Shown here in pieces: positions 29,235 through 39,221 of a DNA stretch of 64,000 bases (position 1 is its first letter; each line of letters opens with the position of its first letter). Where the stretch lies: assembly GCA_963667785.2 (NCBI GenBank), contig CAXXMU010000001.1, forward strand, positions 608,001-672,000, read 5' to 3'. A program made the position numbers and the translations under genes. This DNA is from Alphaproteobacteria bacterium. Its GTDB lineage: Bacteria > Pseudomonadota > Alphaproteobacteria > UBA828. The notes under the pieces were generated by a model. The model was given only the letters and a program-made list of their open reading frames with translations. It searched no databases and had not been told where the DNA came from.

Positions 29235-30455
29235 TCAGGACAGGACCAGCGAGACCAGTCCGTCGGCGAGCTTGGGTTCGAACCAGGTGGTCTTCGGCGG
29301 CAGGATCGCGCCGGCATCGGCGACCGCCATGAGGTCGTCGACGGAGGACGGATGGAGTGAGAAGGCGACCGAGGCCTCGCCGCCGTCGACCGCCGCGGCG
29401 AGCGCCGCCGTGCCGCGCCCGCCGCCCACGAAGTCGATGCGCGCATCGAGCCTCGGATCGCCGACGCCGAGAACGGGGCCGAGCACGAGGCGCGCGAGGA
29501 TCGAGACGTCGAGCCCTTCCACCACGGAGTCCGCGTTTCGCTCGCGCTCGTCGGCCGCGAGGCTGTACCAGCGGCCGTCCACATACATGCCGAACGTGGC
29601 CGGCCGTGCGGGCTCCACCGGGGCATCCGCCGGCTCGCAACTGAGCGCGGTGCCGATCGCCTGCAGGAACGCCGCCGGTGACAATCCGTTCAGCCCCCGC
29701 ACGATGCGGTGATAGCCGAGGATCCGCACCTCGTCGGCGGGGAAGTTCACCGTCAGCAGGCGGGGGTCCGGCCCGCCCGCCGCGCGACACGCCGTGCGGC
29801 CTGCGGCGGCACGGTGGTGGCCGTCGGCGATGTAGAGCGCGCCGATCGCATCGAAGCGCGCCGCCAGCGCCTCGATCTCGCCCGTGCCGTCGATCGGCCA
29901 GAGCGTGTGGGTCACCGCGCCGTCGAGCACGCAGCGGCTGAGCGGCGGCGGCTCGCAGGCCGCCGCGATCAGCCGGCGCACCTCTGCGTCCGGCCGGTGA
30001 ATCGCGAGGATGGGGCCGGTATGCGCGCCGAGCGCCGCGATGTGGCGGGCGCGGTCGGCCTCCTTGTCCGGCCGGGTCGATTCGTGCCGCTTGATCGCGC
30101 CCCCCTCGTAGGCTGCGAGCGAGGCCGCTCCTGCCAGCCCCGTTTGCGCGCGGCCGCCCGCCTCCATGCGCCAGGCGTAGAACCGGGGCGCCTGATCCCG
30201 GATCAGCAGCCCGTCCGCGATCATGCGCGCGAAGGTCGCGGCCGCACTGTCGTAGAGGGCCTGGGCGCCGGGCGGCGTCTCGGGCGCGAGGTCGATCTCG
30301 GGCCGCGAGACATGGAGGAAGCTCCAGGGCCGCCCCTGCACGGCGGCGCGGGCTTCCGCCGCCGACAACACGTCGTAGGGCGGTGCCGCCACCGCGTCCG
30401 CGTGCTCGGGCGCCGCGCGGAGCCCGGCGAAGGGCGCTAGCAGCCGGCCGCTCAC
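29235..30455 (-). CDS. DUF1015 family protein
   Basis: APPYDV, IKRHEST, YIADGHHRAA and PPKTTWFEPKL motifs. Confidence 0.9.
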   Translation of the reverse strand: MSGRLLAPFAGLRAAPEHADAVAAPPYDVLSAAEARAAVQGRPWSFLHVSRPEIDLAPETPPGAQALYDSAAATFARMIADGLLIRDQAPRFYAWRMEAGGRAQTGLAGAASLAAYEGGAIKRHESTRPDKEADRARHIAALGAHTGPILAIHRPDAEVRRLIAAACEPPPLSRCVLDGAVTHTLWPIDGTGEIEALAARFDAIGALYIADGHHRAAAGRTACRAAGGPDPRLLTVNFPADEVRILGYHRIVRGLNGLSPAAFLQAIGTALSCEPADAPVEPARPATFGMYVDGRWYSLAADERERNADSVVEGLDVSILARLVLGPVLGVGDPRLDARIDFVGGGRGTAALAAAVDGGEASVAFSLHPSSVDDLMAVADAGAILPPKTTWFEPKLADGLVSLVLS

Positions 30456-30491
30456 CCCGCGTGTGCTCCCCGAGTCACGACCGCCCCGCTC

Positions 30492-30686
30492 CTAGTTGAC
30501 GAGCCAGACCAGCAGCAGGCCTGCCAGCGCCGCGCTCGTGCCGACGGCGCGGATCCGGCCCACCGGCTGGGCCAGCACCCGCTCGATGCTGCGTCGCATG
30601 GTGCCGGGAAAGAGCGCATAGAGGCCGCCTTCGATGACGAAGATGAGCCCGATGGCGGTCAGGAACAGGGTGAGCTCGTCGCTCAT
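30492..30686 (-). CDS. DUF2065 (YjeT-like) small membrane protein
   Basis: GLIFVIEGGLYALFP motif; follows hflC as usual. Confidence 0.85.
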   Translation of the reverse strand: MSDELTLFLTAIGLIFVIEGGLYALFPGTMRRSIERVLAQPVGRIRAVGTSAALAGLLLVWLVN

Positions 30687-30746
30687 GGCCGGATCGTTCG
30701 GAGCGGCCCGCGTCCCGGCACAGGTCCGGCCCGCGGCCGGGGCGCG

Positions 30747-31661
30747 CTACTCGGTGGTCGCCGGAGCGGGTGCCGGGGGCAGCACGATGTCGTCGAAGAA
30801 GCGGAAGAACTCGCTGTCGGGCGACAGGACCATGCTCGTGTCGTCGTCGCCGAGGGATGCGCGATAGGCCTGCATGGTCCGGTAAAAGGCGTAGAACTCG
30901 GGATCGCGTCCATACGCGTCGCGCGAGATGCGGAGCGCCTCTTCGTCGCCCTCGCCGCGCAGGGTCTGGGACTCGCGCTCGGCCTCGGCCAGAATCACCA
31001 CCCGCTCGCGGTCCGCGCGGGAGCGGATGCGCTGCGACTCTTCCTCGCCCTGCGCCCTGAACTCCTTGGCCTCGCGCTCGCGCTCGGTCTGCATGCGCTG
31101 ATAGACCGCCTGGCTGTTCTCCTCCGGCAAGTCGGCGCGGCGGATACGCACGTCGATCACGTCGACGCCGAAGCCGGTCGACTGCCGGTTCACCTGGTCC
31201 CTGATCTCGGTCATCAGCTGCGCGCGCTCGCCCGAGAGCACGGTGATCAGCTCGACCGTGCCCAGCACCTGACGCGTGCTGGCGTTGAGGATCGCGCCGA
31301 GCCTCGCGCGGGCCACCGCCTCGTTGCCGACCGACTGGAAGAATTTTAGGGGATCGATGATCCGGTAGCGGATGAAGGCGTCCACCACTAGCCGCTTCTG
31401 GTCGCCGAGGATCATTTCCTCCGCCGGCGCGTTGAAGTCGAGCACGCGCTTCTCGAAATACTCGACGTTCTGGACGAAGGGCGTCTTGAAGCGGAGCCCC
31501 GGCTCGTCCGTGCCCCACTGGTTCACCACCTTGATGGGCTCGCCCAACTGGAGGAGGATCGCCTGCTCGTCTTCCCGCACCTTGAAGGTGGAGATCAGGA
31601 TCAGGACGATGGCCACGAGGATGACCGCGGCGCCGATGATGATCTTGGTCCGGGTGCTCAT
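30747..31661 (-). CDS. hflC: FtsH protease modulator HflC
   Basis: SPFH domain; PGLRFKTPF, RADLP and DPEFYAFYR motifs. Confidence 0.95.
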   Translation of the reverse strand: MSTRTKIIIGAAVILVAIVLILISTFKVREDEQAILLQLGEPIKVVNQWGTDEPGLRFKTPFVQNVEYFEKRVLDFNAPAEEMILGDQKRLVVDAFIRYRIIDPLKFFQSVGNEAVARARLGAILNASTRQVLGTVELITVLSGERAQLMTEIRDQVNRQSTGFGVDVIDVRIRRADLPEENSQAVYQRMQTEREREAKEFRAQGEEESQRIRSRADRERVVILAEAERESQTLRGEGDEEALRISRDAYGRDPEFYAFYRTMQAYRASLGDDDTSMVLSPDSEFFRFFDDIVLPPAPAPATTE

Positions 31662-31664
31662 GGC

Positions 31665-32771
31665 CTACTGCGTGCCTGTCGTGTTGCCCTGCCGGCGCTG
31701 CAGCTCCGGCAGAGGCAGGTAGGGAACGACGCCGCTGCCGCCCTGCGCCGGCGAATCGATGATGATCTTGTCGATCCCGCCGAGCACCTCCTCCATCGTC
31801 TCCAGGAACATGCGGCGGCGGACCACGTCCATGTTCTGCGCATACTCGCCGTAGACCGAGAGGAAGCGCGCCGCCTCACCCTGGGCCTTGGCGACCACCT
31901 CCTCCTTGTAGGCCGTGCCTTCCTGCACGAGCCGCTCGGCGGCGCCGCGTGCGCGCGGGATGATGTCGTTGCGGTAGGCCTCGGCCTCGTTCTTCGCCCG
32001 CTCCTGGTCCGCGCGCGCGGCCTGCACGTCGCGGAACGACGCGATCACGGCCTCCGGCGGCGCGATGTCCTGCGGCTCGACCTGGGTGATCTCGATGCCG
32101 GCGCCGTAATAGTCGAGGATCGACTGCGTGAGCTCGTGCGTCTGCTGGGCCAGCAGCAGGCGTTCCTCGGCCAGCGCCGACTGCAGCCGCGACTTGCCGA
32201 TCACCTCGCGCATGGCGCTCTCGGCCGCGTCCTTCACCGTGCGCTCCGGCGCCTGGATGTTGAACAGGTACTGGCCGGCGTCCTGGATGCGCCAGAAGAC
32301 GGTGAACTTCACGTCGATGATGTTCTCGTCGCCGGTGAGCATCAGGCTCTCGTCCGGCACCGCCCGCGTGAAGGCGCCCCGCTGGGAATCGACCAGGGTG
32401 CGATAGCCGATCTCGGCCCGGTTGATCTTCGTCACCTTGGGCCTGATGACCGTTTCGAACGGCCAGGGCAGGTGATAGTTGAGGCCCGGCTGGGTGGTCT
32501 TGGTCCACTCGCCCCAGCGCAGCACGACTCCCTGCTCGTCGGGCTCGACCCGGTAGAACCCGGTCAGCAGCCAGATTCCGATCACCACCAGAAGGAGCAG
32601 GATCAGCCCGCGGCCGCCGCGCAGCCCGGGCATCCATCTGCGGAAGCGGTCCTGTCCGCGCCGCAGCATCTCTTCGAGATCCGGCGGAGGGGGTTGCTGT
32701 CCACGGCGACCGCCGCCCGGCGAGCGACCCCAGGGTCCGCTCCCACCGCCGCCGCCACTAGACCAAGTCAT
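31665..32771 (-). CDS. hflK: FtsH protease modulator HflK
   Basis: Gly-rich N-terminus with PPDLEE; MLTGDENI; VVPYLPL. Confidence 0.95.
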   Translation of the reverse strand: MTWSSGGGGGSGPWGRSPGGGRRGQQPPPPDLEEMLRRGQDRFRRWMPGLRGGRGLILLLLVVIGIWLLTGFYRVEPDEQGVVLRWGEWTKTTQPGLNYHLPWPFETVIRPKVTKINRAEIGYRTLVDSQRGAFTRAVPDESLMLTGDENIIDVKFTVFWRIQDAGQYLFNIQAPERTVKDAAESAMREVIGKSRLQSALAEERLLLAQQTHELTQSILDYYGAGIEITQVEPQDIAPPEAVIASFRDVQAARADQERAKNEAEAYRNDIIPRARGAAERLVQEGTAYKEEVVAKAQGEAARFLSVYGEYAQNMDVVRRRMFLETMEEVLGGIDKIIIDSPAQGGSGVVPYLPLPELQRRQGNTTGTQ

Positions 32772-32901
32772 GAATCGGCCTTCCCGCCAAGGCTATGCAA
32801 GCTGCCATCGGCGCCTTATAAGTCATGCGGTTGCCGCACGCAACGGCGCGTATACGCGCGTAAAGCTGGCCGCGGCACGGCCCCCGGGGCGGAGCGGAAC
32901 G

Positions 32902-34050
32902 ATGGCGTCGGTCACCAAGGAACAGGTTCTGGCTGCGCTCGCCGATGTCGCGGACCCCGACAGCGGGCAGAACGTCATCGCGGCCGGCCTCGTCAGCGGC
33001 GTCGTCGTGCGCGACGGCAACGTCGGCTTCGCTCTCGAGGTCGACCCGGACGACGGCGCGGCGAAGGAGCCGCTGCGCAAGGCGTGCGAGACCGCGGTCG
33101 AGCGGCTGCCGGGCGTGCTCTCGGTCACCGCCGTGCTCACCGCCGAGAAGCCGGCCGGCCCCGCCCGCGCACAGGGGCAGGCACACGGCCACACCCACGG
33201 CGGGCAGGCCGGGGCGGCGGGGCAGGCGCAGCCGGGCGCCCAGCTCCTGCCGGGGGTGAAGAGCGTCATCGCCATCGCGTCCGGCAAGGGCGGCGTCGGC
33301 AAGTCGACGACCGCCGTGAACATCGCCACTGCCATGGCCTCCCAGAACGTGCGGGTGGGCCTTCTGGACTGCGACATCTACGGCCCCTCGATCCCGCGCA
33401 TGCTCAACCTCAGCGGGCAGCCCGAGGTGGTGGGGGAGCGCACCCTGCGCCCGATGGCCAACTACGGCATCAAGTGCATGTCGATCGGCTTCCTGGTCGC
33501 CGAGGACACCGCCATGATCTGGCGCGGACCCATGGTCATGCAGGCGCTCGAGCAGATGATGCGCGACGTCGAATGGGGCGAGCTCGACGTGCTGCTCTGC
33601 GACCTGCCGCCCGGCACCGGCGACGCGCAGCTCACCATGGCGCAGCGGGTGCCGCTGACCGGCGCGGTGATCGTCTCCACTCCGCAGGACATCGCGCTGC
33701 TCGACGTGACCCGGGGCATCAACATGTTCCAGCAGGTCAACGTGCCGATCTTCGGGGTGGTGGAGAACATGAGCTACTACGTCTGCCCGGAATGCGGCCA
33801 CCGCGCCGAGCTCTTCCACCACGGCGGCGCGCGCGAGACGGCGCAGCGGCTCGGAGTCGATTTCCTGGGCGAGATACCGCTCGACATGGCGATCCGCACG
33901 ACCTCGGATTCGGGCCACCCGATCGTGGTCACCCAGCCGGAGAGCCCGCATGCGGCCGCCTACCGGCGGATCGCCTCGGGCCTGGTCGACAAGGCGAGCG
34001 CGGCGGTGGGCGGCGCGGGGCGGGCGCAGCCACGCATCGTCATGATGTGA
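32902..34050 (+). CDS. apbC: Mrp/ApbC/NBP35 Fe-S cluster carrier ATPase
   Basis: N-terminal DUF59-like domain; SGKGGVGKST, DLPPGTGD and ENMS..CxxC motifs. Confidence 0.93.
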   Translation: MASVTKEQVLAALADVADPDSGQNVIAAGLVSGVVVRDGNVGFALEVDPDDGAAKEPLRKACETAVERLPGVLSVTAVLTAEKPAGPARAQGQAHGHTHGGQAGAAGQAQPGAQLLPGVKSVIAIASGKGGVGKSTTAVNIATAMASQNVRVGLLDCDIYGPSIPRMLNLSGQPEVVGERTLRPMANYGIKCMSIGFLVAEDTAMIWRGPMVMQALEQMMRDVEWGELDVLLCDLPPGTGDAQLTMAQRVPLTGAVIVSTPQDIALLDVTRGINMFQQVNVPIFGVVENMSYYVCPECGHRAELFHHGGARETAQRLGVDFLGEIPLDMAIRTTSDSGHPIVVTQPESPHAAAYRRIASGLVDKASAAVGGAGRAQPRIVMM

Positions 34051-34062
34051 GGCGGGCCGCCG

Positions 34063-34746
34063 ATGGCGCGCAGGTCGAGCGACGACGTCATCCGGACTTT
34101 GGCGGCTCGTCTGGGCCGCAGGCGGTGGATCGGCGCATGCCTCCTCGCCCTCCTCGTCGCGCTGCTCGCAGCAGGCTGCACCCCCTCGGTGCCGGACCGT
34201 CAGCAGGACGTCTGCGCTGTCTTCGAGCAGCATCCCGACTGGTACGACTACGCCAGCGACGCTGCCGACGAATGGGGCACGCCGATCCACGTTCTCATGG
34301 CCTTCGTGCAGCGCGAATCGAGCTTCCGCAGCGACGCCAGGCCGCCCCGCAAGTACGTGCTGTGGTTCATCCCCTGGGGCCGGGTCTCGTCGGCCAAGGG
34401 GTATGCCCAGGCGCAGGACCCGGCCTGGGAGGACTACACCAGGGATCGGGGCTCGTGGTTCCGCAGCCGCGGGGACATGGAGGACGCCCTCGATTTCATC
34501 GGCTGGTACAACGACGGGACGGCGCGCGAGCTGGGGATCGCCAGGGACGACGCCTACAACCTCTATCTCGCCTATCACGAGGGGAGGGGCGGCTACCGGC
34601 GCGGCACCTGGAAGAAGAAGCCGGAGGTGCAGGGCTACGCGCGGCGGGTGGCGGAGACGGCGCAGAGCTACCAGGCGCAGCTCAAGCGCTGCGAGGAGGA
34701 TTACCGCTGCGATTCCTGGTACCAGCTATGGCCCTTCTGCAGCTAG
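34063..34746 (+). CDS. Transglycosylase SLT-like lipoprotein
   Basis: Lipobox AAGC, catalytic ES motif (QRESSF), [16 protein letters not shown]. Confidence 0.8.
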   Translation: MARRSSDDVIRTLAARLGRRRWIGACLLALLVALLAAGCTPSVPDRQQDVCAVFEQHPDWYDYASDAADEWGTPIHVLMAFVQRESSFRSDARPPRKYVLWFIPWGRVSSAKGYAQAQDPAWEDYTRDRGSWFRSRGDMEDALDFIGWYNDGTARELGIARDDAYNLYLAYHEGRGGYRRGTWKKKPEVQGYARRVAETAQSYQAQLKRCEEDYRCDSWYQLWPFCS

Positions 34747-35778
34747 CCCCAGCACGGCCATGAGCTCGCGCCATTCGCGCCTGGAAAGGCCGCTCGACTC
34801 CTGATCGACCGCATCGCCGGCGAGCATGCGCCTGACCACGTCGAGCCCGCCGGAAGACAGCGACGCCGCGTTCATCGCGTAGTCCCGGAAGGCCCGGCAG
34901 GTCTCCGGCACCCAGCGCGAGACGATCCTGTCGAGGATCACGTCGGCATAGGCGCGGATCTCGTATTGGGCGTGGGCGTCCGCCCGGAGCGAGAGGAAGT
35001 GCAACAGGTTGTGCAGGTCGATCTTCCAGTAGAACTGGGTGTAGTAGTTGACCGGCAGCGCGGCGCGCGCGAGCTCGCGGGCGAGGCCGGCTCGGTCGGG
35101 ATGCTTCTTCTCGCCGCTCTCGAGTTCGTTGAGCAGGTTCTCGTAGACGCCGTAGGCGCGGGTCGAGACCCAGTTGATGCGCGACAGCGCCTCCCGGGCC
35201 TCCTCGTCCGCCAGGTCGTCGTCCCGGCCCTGCTTGTTGCTCCCGGACTGCGCGGCCAGCTCCTCGCGCTCCGCCGCCGCCTCCCGCCACCCGAACAGGT
35301 CGTCCATGCCGCTGCTGCTGGCCCGCTGGCGCGCGATCTGCTCTTCCAGGACCGATTGGAGATGGGTCGGGTCGGGCACGTAGAACTCGCGGTCGAGCCT
35401 GGAATAGCGCGCGGAATACTCGTTCACGCTGGCGGTGCGGTGGCGGAGCCACTGGCGGGCGACGAAGATGGGCGCCTTGATGTGCAGCTTGATCTCGCAC
35501 ATCTCGAAGGGCGTGGTGTGGCGGTGGCGCAGCAGGTAGCGGATCAGCGCCCGGTCCTCCCGCACCTTGCGTGTGCCCGCGCCGTAGGAGACCCGAGCCG
35601 CCTGAACGATCGCCCCGTCGTCCCCCATGTAGTCGATGACGCGGACGAAGCCGTGGTCGAGCACGTCGAAGCGCTCGTAGAGGACTTCCTCCAGCGCCGG
35701 CACCGTGACGCGCCTGGTCCTCTCCCAGGCGGCGCGCTGGGCCTCGATCTCCGCCCGCTTGTGGTCGTCGATCGGCAT
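34726..35778 (-). CDS. thyX: FAD-dependent thymidylate synthase
   Basis: [14 protein letters not shown] signature; HTTPFE, ARELAR, HAQYEIR. Confidence 0.95.
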   Translation of the reverse strand: MPIDDHKRAEIEAQRAAWERTRRVTVPALEEVLYERFDVLDHGFVRVIDYMGDDGAIVQAARVSYGAGTRKVREDRALIRYLLRHRHTTPFEMCEIKLHIKAPIFVARQWLRHRTASVNEYSARYSRLDREFYVPDPTHLQSVLEEQIARQRASSSGMDDLFGWREAAAEREELAAQSGSNKQGRDDDLADEEAREALSRINWVSTRAYGVYENLLNELESGEKKHPDRAGLARELARAALPVNYYTQFYWKIDLHNLLHFLSLRADAHAQYEIRAYADVILDRIVSRWVPETCRAFRDYAMNAASLSSGGLDVVRRMLAGDAVDQESSGLSRREWRELMAVLGLAAEGP

Positions 35779-35902
35779 GAAGAGGGGCATCCCCGGCGAG
35801 GTGAAGCGGCGGATCGCGCCCGCAATCATACCGCGCTCCCGCTGTCGCGTGCAGGGGCGCCGGTGCGGCTTCCCATGCGGGCCGCGAGCACCTATATTGA
35901 CG

Positions 35903-36180
35903 GGGTCGGCGGGAGACCGTCGACTATGGCGATAAACGCCGTTCGAAATAAGCGTTGCGGACCCGGGGGCAGTACCCGGCGCCTCCACCACCCGGCCGGC
36001 AGACCGGATCACGGGGGCGAACCAGGATCGACGTGCGTGGTAAAGGTGCGGTCTTCGCCCGGCATGGTACCGCCGTTATCGGGCCAACTCAGAGGTGCGA
36101 ACGACAACGAAGTCGCACTCGCTGCCTAGCATCGCTAGGTAAGCGCGGCTCGGGGGGCGCCGGGCAACAGAAGCCCCCCA
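35903..36180 (+). ncRNA. ssrA: Permuted two-piece tmRNA; tag (A)ANDNEVALAA
   Basis: Acceptor piece ends CCGGGGGCAGTACCCGGCGCCTCCACCA at 35990; coding piece starts GGGGGCGAA at 36023; tag ORF 36097-36129; TATATT -10 at 35893; outer ends approximate. Confidence 0.92.
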
Positions 36181-36320
36181 CTCAGGCCAGCCCTGCGCAG
36201 GACGCACGCCCGGAAGCGATGCGGGCCGTGACCCCGCCGAAGCATCCGCGCTAAGCTGCCCTGCATCGCCGGGCCGAGACGAGCACGGCCTCGGGCACGG
36301 ACAGAGGCGCGGGCGCGATC

Positions 36321-36902
36321 ATGGGCGCGGATTCGGGCAAGGATCTCATCGGCTACAACGCGCTGGTCGAGAACGGGCTTCGCACGGTCGTCCGCGAGGC
36401 GCTCCGCCGCGTTGCCGAAGAGGGCTGGCCCGGCACCCATCACGCCTACCTCACCTTCAGGACCGGCGCCCCCGGCGTCGCGGTCCCCGACTTCCTGCGC
36501 CAGCGCTATCCGGAGGAGTTGACGATCGTCCTGCAGCATCAGTTCTGGGGCCTGGAGGTGGGCGAGGAGTCGTTCTCGGTAACGCTGAGCTTCAACAAGG
36601 TGGGCCAGCGCATCACCGTGCCCTTCGCCGCGCTCACGAGCTACGCGGACCCCTCGATCAAGTTCGGTCTTCAATTCGGGCAGGCCCTGCAGCCGGGCAG
36701 GAAGGCCGGCGCGAAACGGCGGCGGCCCGCGGCGGCGGACGCCCCGCCCGATGCACGCGGAGAGGAGTCCGCGCCAGCGGCGCGTGGAGAGAGGGTCGAG
36801 CCGGAGACGTCGGCAGAAGAGCCGGACGCGACGCGGGAAGCCAACGGAGAAGAGGCAGGCGGCGACAAGGTCGTCGCGCTGGACCGGTTCCGCAAGAAGT
36901 AG
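36321..36902 (+). CDS. sspB: ClpXP adaptor SspB (alphaproteobacterial type)
   Basis: YPEELTIVLQHQFW and DPSIKFGLQF motifs; C-terminal VVALDRFRKK; follows ssrA. Confidence 0.93.
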   Translation: MGADSGKDLIGYNALVENGLRTVVREALRRVAEEGWPGTHHAYLTFRTGAPGVAVPDFLRQRYPEELTIVLQHQFWGLEVGEESFSVTLSFNKVGQRITVPFAALTSYADPSIKFGLQFGQALQPGRKAGAKRRRPAAADAPPDARGEESAPAARGERVEPETSAEEPDATREANGEEAGGDKVVALDRFRKK

Positions 36903-36912
36903 GCGGCCTCGC

Positions 36913-37686
36913 CTATTCCTCCCACTCGAGATTGCCGCAGACGCCGATCAGCTGGCCCGTGATGTTGCGGGCCGCGTCCTGCGCCAGGAAGAACGCCGCT
37001 TCCGCGACCTCCTCGCAGTCGATGAGCGAGCGCGTGGAGATGAAGCTCACGTAGCGCTCGTGCGCCTCCTGGACCGTCTGCCCCCGCTCGGCCGCGAGAT
37101 GCGTGATGAGCCGCCTGCCGCGCGGGTTGTCGATGATGCCGGGCAGGATGGCGTTGCAGCGAATGCCGAAGGGGCCGAGCTCGCGCGCGAGGTTCCGGGT
37201 CATGCCGTCCACGGCGCACTTGGAGGTGACGTAGGAGGTCCTGAGCGGCATCCCCACCCGGGTCGACGCGGTGGAGATGTTGATGATCGCTCCCGCCCCT
37301 CGCGCCTTCATGACCGGCACGGCGCGCTTGATGCAGTGGAACATCCCGTGGAGGTTGACGTCGATCACCCGGTACCACTCGTCGTCCTCGATCTCCTCCA
37401 CCGGCGCCCGGGGTCCGCTGATGCCGGCGTTGTTCACCAGCACGTCGATGGTCCCGAGTGCCGACAGCCCTTCCTCGAACCAGCGCCCGACCGCGTCGGC
37501 CGAACCCACGTCGGCGATGCTGCCGGACATGCCGGGATTGGCGGCGAGCGCGACCTCCAGGCTCTCTTCCGTGAGGCAGCAGATGTGAACGCGGGCGCCT
37601 TCGGCGCAGAAGCGCTCGGCGACGGCCTTGCCGATGCTGCGGCCGGCGCCGGTGACCATCACGGCCTGCGGCGTCTCTTTCGCCAT
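36913..37686 (-). CDS. SDR family oxidoreductase
   Basis: TGAGRSIG, NNAG and YVTSK motifs. Confidence 0.9.
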   Translation of the reverse strand: MAKETPQAVMVTGAGRSIGKAVAERFCAEGARVHICCLTEESLEVALAANPGMSGSIADVGSADAVGRWFEEGLSALGTIDVLVNNAGISGPRAPVEEIEDDEWYRVIDVNLHGMFHCIKRAVPVMKARGAGAIINISTASTRVGMPLRTSYVTSKCAVDGMTRNLARELGPFGIRCNAILPGIIDNPRGRRLITHLAAERGQTVQEAHERYVSFISTRSLIDCEEVAEAAFFLAQDAARNITGQLIGVCGNLEWEE

Positions 37687-37810
37687 GGCACCCTCCTCGT
37701 CCTTGCTCGCCGACGGCGCGAGGATAGGCCGCGCCGACGCCTCACGCCAAACGCTCCGCCTGCTGCCGCCGGTGTGGTAAGGGAAACCGGCAACCGGAAG
37801 GGGCACGGCC

Positions 37811-39217
<1,407 letters not shown>

Positions 39218-39221
39218 CCCC

